64,000 bases of DNA from Paragordius varius (GCA_964247055.1 OZ176057.1:2542001-2606000); one strand, 5' to 3'; positions 1-13,802 are shown, counted from the first letter of the stretch. Translations and numbers: made by a program. Notes: generated from the letters alone by a model not told the origin.

Positions 1-2324
1 GTCGTAATTAATAGTTTATAAGGCAAAAATTACGGTTAAAAAAGTATGATTGTCTGAAAAATTAGCCTTTATATGTATACATCAATTCAAATTCACCCTG
101 AAATTAATTATTTGTTAAGAATATACTTATATTTTTTTATATTTCAAAAAATGTAATTTTGTTAAAATAATTAATACCGAAAATATAATAACTTTTCCCA
201 TAAAAGTTATTTTTTTAATAATGCTGAGTTGTATAGGCTCGAAATTTCATAAATATTTTTACGATGACATTTGAAATGATCAAGGGTGAAGTTGAATTGT
301 AAATGGTACATTCGTTTTTGTCTGTATTTCAATTTAATGTCATTTCTATTTATTTTATAATATTTTATATTTAGAATAAAAATATCTACTTAAGAATTTC
401 GCATTAGCTTGTTTTAAACAACCAGAATGGTTTAATAAATTAGTTAATTTTCCAGATTTTTTAGTCATCATTGGTTCAATGTTGATCTAGTTGGATTTAC
501 ACTCTATTATGCATATAAAATATGCAGGCCTCGTAATGAAGAGTTAAGTGAAAAATAAATGTTTTTAAGTTTAATAAATAGCACAATTGCTAGGAAAAAT
601 GAATATTGTTAGTCAAAAGTTCTCGTTGAATATCTAAAAAATTTTCATATTTCATCTTGCGTTTCGCCAACAATATTGCTCTTTACTGGTTATATATTTA
701 ATAAATATTACAAATGTATTTTCCGTAGTGTTGTGATGAAGTTTCTGCAATAAAAATTTTTTATACTTAGATGCTTTTAAATGATATAGTAAAAATTGAA
801 TTAACGAGTAATTCGTGAAAACTAAAAGACAACTATATTTTTAAACCTTTTTTTTAATTAACTCTCGTTTTGGGTTGCAAAAATAGGGAATAATGGTAAC
901 ATACCCATAACATTAATTTTTTTATTGTGAATGGAAGTTAGTGGCTTTTGTCGGTATGGTTATCTTTTCAAAAAATATTTGTCTTTTAGTTTTACTTTCT
1001 GTCTGTATAATTTAAATTTTTACAGTTAATAAATGATATCTTAGCATATGAAATTACCCTTAAACATATTTTTATTTATATAAGGTTACAATGGACAACC
1101 ATAATATTCATGAATATTTACGCATTTTCAACAAACCCGATCTTACATTGATTGAAATAACCAAATAAATTAAATTTACTTATGAAGTCTTCAAACAATA
1201 TTTTGTTGTAACATCTGCATTTTACATATCACGTTTTATTGGAAAAGCATTTGATTTAATTTGATTCATTATAGAAATCTTAAATATTATGAAAAATATT
1301 TAGCAATATCTAGGTGAAAAAATTTAATTAATTTATCTTAACAATTGTTAAAATATGATGGATATTTTATAATAAAAATTTCATTGGTAAAAAAAAGATT
1401 TTATTTAATATTATAGTTGTTAGCCGAATCAATTCGCATTTTTACGCACATTGGGTCGAATAAAAAACATCTCGTGAAACGTGTCTGCAAAATTAAAATA
1501 TATTTATATGGGCCAAAAAACTTGTCTGATACATTTTTAAACGTTTGCTCTTTTATTTTATGGAGATACATAAAATATAGTCATATCTTGATACGCCAAG
1601 CATATTTTATTGGAAAAACAGCAAATTAATTTAATAATAACGTTTAAAATAATTTATTTCATGTCTAAATTATGTTGATTGACTATATCAAAATTAAGTA
1701 TAAAAAACACCAAACTTAATTTATCGGTACTTCATAACATGATATACCATATACAAAGCTAATATATAATTTGAAACCAGGCTTGACAACCATGTGATAC
1801 CCAAATACTTTTTTGTTCGCGCATAATTCCATATGACTTTCCAAATATACAAGGTTTGGAACCTGGAATCATTTGTTTCATCAATAGTAATTTGATTGAT
1901 TTTTTATTGACTGATTCTATCAAATATATATAAAATTATAGATATAAATTGGGATAAAATGGTGACTTAATGTTAGAATTTAGCAGAAAGAGAACAGCTC
2001 TTTGAGACATAATGCTCGGTCCTAGAATTTTGAAATTGTCGTATAATTGCGAAACAATGTATAGAATATGTTCACAAAATTTTAGTAAAATGTTGTCATT
2101 AGTTTAATTTGACAAATTTTCTGAATAATTTTTTAATTGGCAATGAACTAGCTAAAATTGGTGAAATAAATGATGTTACTATTTTTTTTTAATTTGGGAA
2201 TTTGTTTAAAATCTAATAAAATAATTATAAATTCCCCTATAGCTTTTGAATGGATCTAGCCGCCGATTATAAATGAAAAATGCGGTTCTCAAAGCCATTT
2301 TTTTGTAGGAACGCCTGATGTGGA

Positions 2325-2892
2325 TTATACAAACACTTTTAAAATTAAAATCTTAAATTTTTTGTAACCTTTGGCTGTGTTCTCATGTTCAATATTCAAT
2401 TGGCATTCTACTATGGTTTCCAAATTTTTTGTTTCCTTTTTTAATAATTGCTCTTTGGTATCAGGGCATTTTTTAAGGTAAACTCCATCCGTAGTACCAC
2501 CAACGTTTGGTTGAGAAGCACTATCAACATAATTATTGTTTGGTCTGAAAAATCTTTTGTGCCTTTGATAATTTTGCACATATTTATCGGCAAAGGATTC
2601 GTTTGAAACTTTAGTTTCAAACAACACTGCATCCGAGCTTTCCAATTTATGTTTGATTAGCTTATTATTATTATTATTATTATCATATTCATTCTTGCGG
2701 TTGGAATTTAAATGAATAATATATTTTGGGTAACGTTGTGCTGGTAGTTTTTTGTTGTTGTTAAGGATATCTTTGGATTCTAAATAAAATAAATTATTAA
2801 TAATGGTAAAAATTACAGTTAAATCTCCCGCACCCAAAAGCGTTCGATTTGTAGGAGAAAAATATCTTTTCATGGTAATATTAAAGTAATCT
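2325..2892 (-). CDS. Probable further exon (3' part of the gene above, or a separate gene)
   Basis: 182-aa open frame with the same Asn/Lys-rich composition. An upstream AAAAACAG acceptor gives a phase-1 start (xAT TAC TTT AAT ATT ACC ATG). The join to the 3119-5375 exon is not established. Confidence 0.4.
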
Positions 2893-3118
2893 GTTTTTTG
2901 AATTATATTTTCCCAATAATAGTTAATATAATATTTATTTCAATAGATACATTTCTAAAAACTTAAAAATTAAATTTTGACATTTCTATCTCCATATAAG
3001 AACTGGTAGGACCTAATTTAAAGATCGGAAAATTTTCCCATTAGAATATCTACATTAGCCGATTCACTTATATGCGCTATTTATGTTAAGCACTATACCA
3101 AAGGGGAAAAGGGACATT

Positions 3119-6100
3119 TTATGTAAAATATAAATTTAAATAACTTTGAAAACTGGTAAAATAATTTTTGATTGGTGTATCCGATAAGATTTTCGATTTT
3201 TTTGCATGAACATGATATGGCAACACATCATCAGAATCAAAATTCCTTAGCATTTTCCCTTTATATGAAATTATACTCCGTTTTTTACCAACAATGTTAT
3301 TCGTTGATATCCTTTCAATTTCATCTTTCCTATTATTATATAAATTCAATTGTTTATCACTTTTAAGACTTGTATGAGAATGTAGTGTTGAGGTTAGGGT
3401 TGGTTTAATGCTAAATGTTTGACTGCGTACAATTAGGGTCGTAGGCTCATTATAGTAATTAGGTTGTGGTCTTATAGTTTTTTTAATATTATATGTTGAC
3501 AATTTTTTATTGGAACTCATGTCTATGCCATTGTATTTTGAGGCATTTATAGCTTTAAGCTCTTGATAATCATGTAAGTTGTAAAGTTTAACTGGGATCC
3601 AATCAGGCCATTCAGTACGGATTTTATGCTTGTCAGCGTTAATTTCAGTTTTAGAGTTGTCACCCCAAACCTTCTTATTTTGTTTAAGATTATGATTGAG
3701 GTTTTGCAATGCTAATCCCTTGAATTTCTTCGTTTGAGGCATTCTAGTAGTTTTCGTCGAAGCCATCTTATTGAAAGGGTACTCATCTATTTTGGGGGAC
3801 CTGAATGTTACATCTAAACCATTTATATGGTAATATGAATTTTGTTGACTTTTTTTAATAGTTCTTCCTTCCTTATTATTTTGTGGGTTATTAGAATATG
3901 TTTTGGTGTTTAAATTTGGATCAAAATACCATTTTTTAGGAGTATTTGATGTTGATGATAATATAGTGGCCGTTTGTTTTACAGTGTTTGTCGGTTTTTG
4001 TTCTCTAATGAATCTTATATTTTTAGTTTTCTCACGATACTGTTTATTTGTTAATGGTGTTAAAATCAAAGGTTTTTGCGTTTTTGGCTCATTATGGCTT
4101 AATTTCGTGGTTAATGAGGAATGTGAATTTCTAGTACTTAAGATATTTGGGTAAGTTATTGCGTTCGTTATATTAATAAACGACGTGGATTGATAATTAC
4201 GGGGTTTTTTGAATTGTGCCGGGTACATTTTTTGCATGTAATAATGTATCATTTCATTGGTTTTATCATCTATGATCCCATACTTACTATCGTAAGATAA
4301 ACGACGCCCTTTAGCACCACGTAAGGATTTTTTGCCGTTTTTTTCGCTTTTTAGCTTCCTTTCAGAAGATTCAAGAATATTATTATTATGATGATAGGAC
4401 AGTTTTCTTTTCTTTTCAACAATTCTATTCCGAGCATAGGGATGTGGATATGTGTCAAAACCTAAAGCAGCGGAAACTGAGTTTTTCCTTTTCTTAAAGT
4501 TTGACTGTGTGCTAACCATATTTTGAAGTTTTTGGCTTCGTTGATTTATTGAAACAATCTTTTTACTTTGTTTATCAACATCAGCATCAATAATGATATT
4601 AGAAGGATTATCATTTCTACCTTTGGTATAGGCATGTCGCGCTTCTAATGTCACCAAATAAAAGCCATATTTATCGGGAGTAGACAAAGGTGAAGACCTT
4701 GAAACTGATAATTTCTTGTTAGCTTCTGAAAGCAATTCATTATTTTTCTTATAAGGTTTTGCGTGGGTTGGAGATGAAAATAAAACTTTTGTACTGGTTA
4801 AAGTTGTTGAACTAGCTATAAGGGGATTGTTATGCACATCAAACCAGGAATAAGGACTTGAAGCATATATTTGATTCAAATTTTGCCCATATTTGCCCTT
4901 AGATAAATGATTGTTTTTTGTATGGTAGTAGGGATTCGTATATATGTTATCTAAATAAGCTGGGGATGAGGAGAAACTTTGGTCTACATCATCATTTTTG
5001 GTTCCAGAAGTAGGGATATTACCGCTTTTTCGATTTACCATTTGATTATAATTGTTGGTTGGTAGTAAATAGTTGAATTTTTTCTCTTGTTTGTGTGTAT
5101 GTTTTTTATGACTGGAAAATGAAGTTGGGGAATATGAGTACCTAGGAGCCCAGTATTGATGTTTATTGTTAGGATCACTGAAAATATGTCTTTGTTGGTC
5201 ATATATGTAATCAGAATTTTGATTCTGGGTAAGTTGCGTTTGATAAAAATTATTATTTTGATCATCATACAAGTAGTATGGATTTGAATGTTGCACCATT
5301 TTTCTCTTAGATGGTACGGTATATGTATTTCGATAAGTAACAGAATTGTGATGTGTAGATATGACAGGATTAGTCCTAAAATATATAAAATATGACACAC
5401 AAAATATTATATCATATAACCATTTGCACCTCAAATTCACCCTAAAAATAGATTATTTGTTGTAAATATAACTCATCATTAATATGAAAGACTTTATGGC
5501 ATAGTTTATTATTAGTGTATTATTAATTTTAAACCGAATTCCATTTTTTCAATATATAAACAATGGGTAATTTTTAATCTTAAAAATCACATAATTTTGT
5601 TAGGGTGAATGTATTGTTTGAGGGTTTATTTGAGGTGTAAATGGTCTATATATTGAATAAAAGAAAATTGGTTTTCGTTAATTCATAATTAACATACTAG
5701 CGTTTAAATAAATTTGTCGAAATTTAATCAGATATATGATTAATAATAATAATTTACCTAGAATTTTTATTATAATTATAATTATTATAATTAGTATTGG
5801 CGTTATTCGTTTGGTACATGTGATATTTGTTAAAAGCAGACGATGATGACATCATGGGTATATCTTGGTTACGGGAAGGGTAAACATTTTGATGTATATT
5901 AGCATTATGATTATTTTGACTACCATGAGCACCATCCTCGTCGGAATTCAAACCGCTTATCAAATTTTCCAATAACTCCTGTTCACTGCTTGGATCTGTT
6001 AAGCCAGGAATCGAGGAACGTCCATCCTCTTCCTCGGGATGTAAATCATTACTTTCCTGGTGTGCTACCACATCCCCTGATTGGGCCAAAAGTTTTTGCT

Positions 6101-7265
6101 CCAAAGCATCAGCTGATTCGTCGTCATGGTAACCGCCGTGACCATATGCTCGCAACAAAAATTCTCCTTTGCAACCCTGTCAAATATATTTTACACTGTT
6201 ACAAGAGTAAAAAATGGCTTAATTTTTATTTTGAATCAGATGAATGGATATAAATTACGTGTTAAAGGGTAAATATCCCAATACATGATGACCTTTTATG
6301 AATTTATCAGCTCTTATTAATCTGCTTATTATGCATCTCTTTGATTAAAATAGATTGACAGTTTGATATTTTGCTGAAAACTAATGGCTATTAAACCATA
6401 ATAACACATAATATACAATATTTTTCAAATGCGTATAATTGTTGAAAGGGTCATAATGTAAGTAATGAGCACTAAAAAATTCTACAATCATATAAACAAG
6501 GGTAAATTATTAAAGTTCAAATAACTAACATTACCCGATTCCTGTAAACAGAAATCAACTTTAAAATATATTCACAACATCCATATATTTAATTAACCAC
6601 CTTTGAGACCCAAATATAATCCCAGCGGATGATACCATAACTGGCACCAAGTTTGCATTCATGATCATCCATTTCTCGGAGCAAAGAGATGTGATAGGGA
6701 TTTTTGTCTGAGATGGCGCATTTATGGAAGTCTCCTTCGCCAGAGCTATAACATGCAATTTTGCGGTGATACAAACTCTGGCCCAAACTAAATTCTATAT
6801 ATATATATATATATATGATTTACAATTCATCACCCTTGAACAATTCATGTTCCCCCTTGAACAATTCAAATTCACCCTAAAAATAAATTATGTGTTTTTG
6901 GGCTAAAACAACTCATCATTAAAAGGAAATATATTCTTGTGGCAGAGTATATTATTTTTTCGGTATTATATTAATTTTAAACGAAGTGTCATTTTTTAAA
7001 AATATTAAAAATATGGGTAATTATTAATCTGAAAAACACATAATTTATTTTAGGGTAAATGTTGAAATTGTTCAGGGGGGGATTTAAATTGTTCAAGGGC
7101 GAATATAAACTGTAAATGGTATTTATATATTGTTTTCTCAAAAAAAGTACAAAAATAAAAAAAGGGTATTAAATGACCTAATAAAAGGAAAAGGTGTATT
7201 ATACAAGTCAGGAATGGTAGTTTCAAAGAAAATTGTTTTTTTGATATCCCAAAGTATGATTCCAT
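3119..7265 (-). CDS. Secreted protein: signal peptide + DUF3011-like (ADEL-lectin-like) Cys domain + long Asn/Ser/Lys-rich low-complexity tail. Exons 7265-7178, 6794-6601, 6176-5758, 5375-(3119 or an earlier donor)
   Basis: All three introns are GT-AG and phase-compatible (1, 0, 2). Spliced N-terminus: MESYFGISKKQFSLKLPFLTCIIHLFLLLEFSLG|QSLYHRKIACYSSGEGDFHKCAIS...ECKLGASYGIIRWDYIWVSK^GCKGEFLLRAYG. The C..G.SYG...IWV.KGC.GEF motif is recalled as DUF3011. About 985 aa if it ends at the stop at 3119. The 3' end is unresolved. Confidence 0.7.
5420..5644. mobile_element. Foldback MITE family A copy (in an intron)
   Basis: CCATTT...AAATGG inverted ends with CAAATTCACCC subterminal units. Confidence 0.75.
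6818..7119. mobile_element. Foldback MITE family A copy (in an intron)
   Basis: Tandem TTGAACAATTCAAATTCACCC-like units on the left, reverse-complement units ending in TGTAAATGG|TA on the right. Confidence 0.75.
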
Positions 7266-10200
7266 GTTTGAAGAATGCTAGAATCTTGCAGTTTCCGATC
7301 CAAATTGGCCTAGAATCTTAAAGAGATTGCTTTTTATTTGGAATAATCATGTCGTACAATATAATTTTCACATTAATGGGCAAAATTTTATTGAATAAAA
7401 AAAGGAATATATCAATTATTCGACAATTGAGTGATATGGTTAAATGATATTAATAAAATATATATGTGAGAAAATATATGAATTAATTTATTTTATATAA
7501 AAATGTAAATATAAATTGTAAAAACTAAGGGATGAAATCATCAATGGGCGTGTTTTATATTTATTGAAATCATTTTTTAAAAAAATAAAATATAGTGACA
7601 AATTATAATTAAAATTATAATAAGTATTAAAATCAGCTGATTATTGGGCTCTACGAGAGTTTAGATTAAATCAAAAATATAATTTTTCAGGGAAAAATAT
7701 CACTTGTTTGTTATAATCATAAAATATTTATATATTTAAAAACCAATATTTAAAATTTTATTAAATTATTTTATATATAAATAAGCATAAGTATGTCAAG
7801 TTTAGTAGAATATAGCAAAAAAAAATTTTAAAAAGCAAAACAACTTACCTGTAAAAATGATAAAATTAAAAAGTTACAATGTATTTTGTGTTCTTTGTTT
7901 AAAACAAAAAAAACGCACACATATTTCACCATATAATTCTTGCTACACAATCTAATCTAATTAATTAATTTTAATATTATCAATAATTAAGTTTGATGTG
8001 TTGGAAAATTAAGTTATTAAAATATTAAATGTATAATAATTAATCTTTAATTACATTATAACAACACTTTCTAATGATTTTCCTTTTTTGACACTGTTCG
8101 ACTTTCCATTTTACATTATTTTTCATTATTTACAAAAAACATAACTTTTACTTACATTGTATAATTTTTAATATATAAAAAGTAAAAAATGAATAAGTAT
8201 TGACCTAAAAACTATTTAGGACAGCGTGAATAATGTTTAAAATGAAAATGGTATGCCTATTTTAAAAAAGTTCGATCCTTTTTTTAAATTTCAATAGCTC
8301 TGCTGCATACTAGGGTTGTGCAAAACCAATTAAAAAAAGGGATCAATTTTTATAATTACAAAAGTTTTTAAAAGGACTTCCGCACGAAATGAAATTAACA
8401 CAAAAAACTATGGATCTATGATAGGGCCCCAACAGTCTTTAGGTAAAATTGTGTAACTGAAACCAAAATCAGAATTAAATTGGGAACCATACATGTTAAC
8501 CATAGCTCTCTCTATAAGGCAAGTTTAGTTGACAAGAAGTTTATCAGCAATCAAAAATTTAGAAAGGAAAAATACGTAACGCTCTAAAAACGTAACTTAA
8601 TTTATTGGTAAATAGTAAAATAATCAATAGTTTGGTATAAATATTACAAAATTTAGACAAATAAACATTTTGATGACCAAATAAAGACTAAAAAAAACTA
8701 CCAATCCTATATTTAATTTTTTTATAAGATGGCGAAACTATAAATACCAAACCAAAACTTAACGACAAAGTATCCAGTTAAAAATATTCTGTTGAAGGGT
8801 GGCTAAATAACATTTGTAAATTATTTGTCGTTAAAAAAAATTAACCAACAACACTAAAAACTATAATCCCAATAAACGATTTGAGGCAAACCCATATTTT
8901 TATTTTAATATTTTTACCCTTTTAGAGACCTAAAAAGATCCTAAAATAAAAGATGTCAGCATCGAGCCAGATAGTTTGAATAAGCGAAAATATCATATTA
9001 AAATGTTTTTTGGGGAAATATACCTTGTTTAAAAAATCTTGTGCTTTTAAAAATTAAAATATAATTTAGTGGCTAACGAATTCTTTAAAACCAATTTGAA
9101 CCCGCGGTTGTTAATAATGATTTGTATTTGCTCTATATGCCTTAAAAGACAAAACTTAGCTATGGATTTTTTTTCTCAAAATATCAACCTAAGAAAGATT
9201 GCAAAGACCAAAAAAACGTAGTTACCCATTTAAGCCTAAATCTCAAAATAAATGTTAATTTCATAAAATCATCGTCACAAATTTACCACGAATTAAGTTT
9301 TATGTTTTATGGCTAAAAAATGGTATATATAGAAATAAGTTATGGAATAGAATACACATGCCCAGAATTCTACAATAAATGCATTATAAAACAGTTTTGT
9401 TTTTTAATTGGATTTGGTTGCATAATATCTTGTATATGTTAGAACAAATCCTAAAAAGTATATTTAAAAATTTATTAAATGGTTTTTTTGAAAGAAACTT
9501 GGGGGTAAAATACCGCAAAATTTATAAAAACCATTTTTAAATAAAGTGTTTAAGCCAATATGCCTATAAAAAAATTATATTTTGTATGATAATCTACTAT
9601 ACCGATATGGCACTAAAGAACCATATTAATTAAACTCTCTCAATAATTTTTAGGCACAAAGATAATAGCATCAATCCTCATTATACTTTTAATACATTTG
9701 ATTGCGGGAATTTGTGCGCTTTAAAAATTTTTTGGATATAAGCAATTTCATATTTATGTCTCTATCTTACAATATCTTAACATCAGTTATTTTTGATGAT
9801 TCTAATTCCATAAATTTAGCATGTTTTTTGTATTAATCCCTGGAATTTAAGTCAATATTTAACTTTGTTTGTTATAATTAAGACAGAGGAAAAAAGTCAA
9901 AATTGTTTATTTTTGTTTATTATTTAATGCTGCACGATGTTTGCTTTTTACCTTATCTTGGTTTTGGCCCGCATGATTTAAAGAAGTTATTTGGATAGCA
10001 CTGCGCTTTTTAAAAAATTTTCACAAAACAAGTGATCTTTTACTCAAACTCTGCTCATAAATTTTCAGCATGAGCGATTTTATAGAAAAATGTTAAATCT
10101 TTAAACGATATTTTACTGTTACCACTCTGCTAAACGTCATGGCACTTCAACAAATTTTTATAAAATAAAATTTTAAAACAATATATGCATTTTTTAAATA

Positions 10201-10938
10201 CTTTATCTTTGGCCATTGTCTATTTTATTATTTATAAGCAAACAAGATTTTTCCCTTTCTTTTGAAATTATCCCAAAGGGGGTTGGGGTGCAAAACTTTG
10301 CCACTTCGGACTGCGTTAACAATTATTGAGTGATGTTTAGCTTGTTAATAGTTTATTATCTATTTAAATTCTATTTGTGTGTTGAAGCTCTTAGCTTTTA
10401 CCGAAACAAATTAATAATATAATGTGAGCTAATTTTGTGATTCTCAATATGCATATACCACAATAGAATAACTTCTCAAATCATGATATAACCAAAGACA
10501 TCAGGATAATCCTGCATTTTTCTACCATTTCCATATAAACAGGATATTTTTTGCTTGTACTAACGCAGTGCTCACAAAAAATAACCTGATGAAACATATA
10601 TTCTGATAGGAAATTAGATTATTGTGGTGGATTTAAGAGGGATCTAATAAAGTTATACTTTTGCTGTGCTCCATATTGGAAAATGCCAAATCCGCATATT
10701 TTTTTTAATAATTTTGGTAAAAACCAGAGGCTTTATTTCAAAAAACACCAATATATATCATAAACTACATCTAAAAAGAAAAAACAATATTTCAAAAAAA
10801 TTTATTTTTTGGGCTACAAAAATCCTAAATTTTTTGCTCTCTAAAATGGAATATTTCTCTTAAAAAACGAAAAAATGCCGGTGAAGAATATTTAAAACTT
10901 CTATCGTGCAATATAAGCATTTTATCGTTTTATTTTAA

Positions 10939-11464
10939 CACTTGAAAAAATACATTCATTTCAGTCGTTCGATTCAAATTGGGATAGTTGGATACTTCAG
11001 TCCTGTTTCAAAAATACTTTGAATAATATGAAAGAAATCGGAACCATGGCATTTTGCACTAGTATAATATATAAACCTAAATATATAAAAAATTTTATTT
11101 AAAAATACATGATATTACTTATTTTGTTGTGAAACTCGAAGGTAAAAATTTACTCAACTTAACATGTGTGCATTGGCTAAATTGGAAAATAATACAAAAA
11201 AACACTTTTTCTATTTCTATCAATGTTAGATGTAATTTAAATAAAAATTATAACTTTACCTTGACAATTTGCAAAAAATTTGTAAAATATGGCGTAGTTG
11301 TTAGACATGATTTTTTTTCAAAACGAAATTTTATTTAGATATAGCCTATTTATATAATTTTTAATAGGATATAAGCATAAAATTAAATTGGTACCGTTTC
11401 TAGTTTTTTAAAATTAACTTAAATATAGTCTGGGGTATTTAGATACCCGAATTGAATAAAAGTG
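10939..11464. mobile_element. TTAA-flanked MITE family C (~530 bp, piggyBac-like)
   Basis: TTAA|CACTTG...AAGTG|TTAA with a subterminal ATTCAAATTGGGG / CCCAATTTGAAT inverted motif. Confidence 0.72.
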
Positions 11465-12049
11465 TTAAGAGAACTAGCCCATATTAAAATGACGAAAAAT
11501 TTTAGAACCTTCGGGCCCACATCTAAAAAATTAAATTTTTAGAATACTTTATTAGCTTTTATATGAAGTTGATTATGTTTTTTTATGATAGTTTTGGAAT
11601 AAAGCCTTTAGCTTACACCAAAAAATTTCTGTAATTAAATGTTAGCAACTATAATTTTATGTAAATACCTCTTTTAAATCACTTGTAATGATAAAAACCA
11701 AAAACATCAATTTTACTAGCAGAATATATAATTTAGAGCTTATTTTTTCACCACCGATTTTGAACGCACTGTATATACAGTGTATTTTTCATTTTATCAA
11801 AAATTTATTTTTTTTGTTAAATGGGTATAAATATTTAGTAAAGGATGGAAATAAGAGCTTAATGGTAACAATATCAAATTGAAAAATGTTTATGAATTAC
11901 CATCGAGTTTTTTTTCCATTCTTTACCAAATATTTATTATTTAACCAAAAAATAAATTTTTGAAATAAAGGATACATGGCTGTATATACAATGTCATACG
12001 GTATATAATAATTTTTAACACATGATTAATCTTTTTGCTTTAGAACAGC

Positions 12050-13708
12050 ATGCTAATAATTCAAATTATAAGAAAATTTTCAATTTTACCTTCGCAACAG
12101 TCTTTCCCCACTATTTACCCAATCTATGATTATTGTATTCATCATTTATTGGAGCCACGGATAAAATATAAGAAGTTGATGACTGATTATGACGCTATTT
12201 CATTAAGCGCAAAGTTACGCCATGAACACGGGATGCCAGAAAGCGCTCATTGTATTACGCCCCAAATTTTAGGAGAATATTTTAAACCTATTATCGCTCT
12301 TGAATATGAAGCCGCTGAAATGAAATATCGGAGGTTAAAAAATAAATTTAAATATATAACGTCACCTAATCAACATATTATAGACCAACATGCCGCTCTT
12401 CAACGATTAAAGACATCTAAAATGTCCCTAATAAATTGCGTTTTGCAATTTCCAAACACACTTATGCGGGATTTTGGCTGTGATTTATTATCTATCAAAG
12501 TTGTTAGTAATAATAATTTTCAAAGTTCTTCCAAAATTCTTAATTCACATATTTTACAAGCTACAAACTTAATAACTAATCTTGAATATGGTCACTCGGA
12601 ATACCAACAAATCTTATTGGAAGATGAAATTTACAATTATTTATGCAATCAAAAAATGGGAACTGACGAAACAAATATCACCCCAACCTCGAACCTACAT
12701 GTAATGACCCTACCCGATTGGGTCAAAATGCCAATAATTGAGGGATGTGGGCTGGCTAATTATAGTTCCGATGTTGCTAATAATCATTTGCTACCAGTTA
12801 CTGACAATCAAGATTTTTTAAAAACTGACACAGAAGGATGGAATGAAGCCAAAAAGCTATTCACCATCAATAAAAATACCCTCTGTTTAAATCCTAACCC
12901 GTTAAGTGTATATGCCGCATATTTTACTAAAATGTCAAGTCAAATAAATGATCCCGAAAATGGGGTTAATAAGGCACCAAAACTCAAATGGGTTGATCAA
13001 GGGTTTTTTACTGTAGCCAATTTATACCGTAATTATCACGTAGCTGAATTATACAGCGATTATAATACTCAAAATTATAGCCAGGATTTAAATCTCCTCC
13101 GTTTACATAAATATTTGAAAGAGAATGGTATTGAGATTGGTTCCGCTAGAATACCATATCAAACGAGGAGTGCCACCTTATTTGTCGCATGTCACAATTA
13201 CGAATCTTCACGAATAAGTTTTCAAAACTCAATTAACATCATTACGGGTCTTTATAAACACTTGGGTGTTTCATCGTCCGATTTTCAGCTTGTAGAAGCT
13301 CCCTTGGCTGAATATGAATTAGCAGACGCTTATAGAATAAATATTCAGGTAGGGGTATCGCTTCAGACAATTAAAATGGCTTTCATCGATAATGCAAGTA
13401 GATGGCCTCACGACCATAATTTAGACACGATGTTATCGGACAAAGACACAAAAATATATGTGAATCTCGGTTATCTGGCATATGTCGGTGATTATGTCAG
13501 CCAAAGATTAGCTATGCTAGGAAAATATTGCATTGATGAAGAGGACATTAATGACAAAAGCAACGCGCTTAATGCTCCTAATAAAATTAGCAAATCAAAT
13601 GTCGCAATTACACCTCAAAAGCATTTTTTCATCCATGGCATATATGGTGAAATATGTAATATACCCTTATTAACCAAAATTTTAAACGTTCGATCCAACA
13701 ATTTATAG
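12050..13708 (+). CDS. Slimp: SLIMP-like degenerate mitochondrial seryl-tRNA synthetase paralogue, intronless CDS, 552 aa
   Basis: Presequence-like N-terminus (MLIIQIIRKFS) followed by a coiled-coil region. Class II SerRS landmarks are recognisable but altered: LYRNYH (cf. LYRVHQ), LAYVGDYVSQRL (cf. ASNCTDYQSRRL), HGIYGEICNIPLL (cf. HTLNGTACAIPRL). Motif 2 FRxE and the motif 3 Arg are absent. Confidence 0.75.
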   Translation: MLIIQIIRKFSILPSQQSFPTIYPIYDYCIHHLLEPRIKYKKLMTDYDAISLSAKLRHEHGMPESAHCITPQILGEYFKPIIALEYEAAEMKYRRLKNKFKYITSPNQHIIDQHAALQRLKTSKMSLINCVLQFPNTLMRDFGCDLLSIKVVSNNNFQSSSKILNSHILQATNLITNLEYGHSEYQQILLEDEIYNYLCNQKMGTDETNITPTSNLHVMTLPDWVKMPIIEGCGLANYSSDVANNHLLPVTDNQDFLKTDTEGWNEAKKLFTINKNTLCLNPNPLSVYAAYFTKMSSQINDPENGVNKAPKLKWVDQGFFTVANLYRNYHVAELYSDYNTQNYSQDLNLLRLHKYLKENGIEIGSARIPYQTRSATLFVACHNYESSRISFQNSINIITGLYKHLGVSSSDFQLVEAPLAEYELADAYRINIQVGVSLQTIKMAFIDNASRWPHDHNLDTMLSDKDTKIYVNLGYLAYVGDYVSQRLAMLGKYCIDEEDINDKSNALNAPNKISKSNVAITPQKHFFIHGIYGEICNIPLLTKILNVRSNNL

Positions 13709-13802
13709 ATAATAATTCCCTTGACAAGAAACACTATGATTCGAAAATGTAACAAGATTTGATCCTTTGGAGAAATAAAAATATAAGAAATAAATTTATT
13801 AT

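Noticed and set aside
2305-2336. Possible 22-nt intron (GTGTTTGTATAATCCACATCAG) at the end of ORF 2325
   Set aside because: It is in frame and plausible, but there is no homology anchor, so it was not counted among the tiny introns.
8390-9000. Moderately GC-rich patches suggesting exons or a transposase
   Set aside because: No frame gave a sustained ORF or a recognisable motif.
11977-12154. Alternative SLIMP start (ATG 11977) using introns 12001-12043 and 12100-12154
   Set aside because: The second intron needs a weak GTCTTT donor and a GGAG acceptor, and it would remove the presequence-like, SerRS2-like N-terminus.
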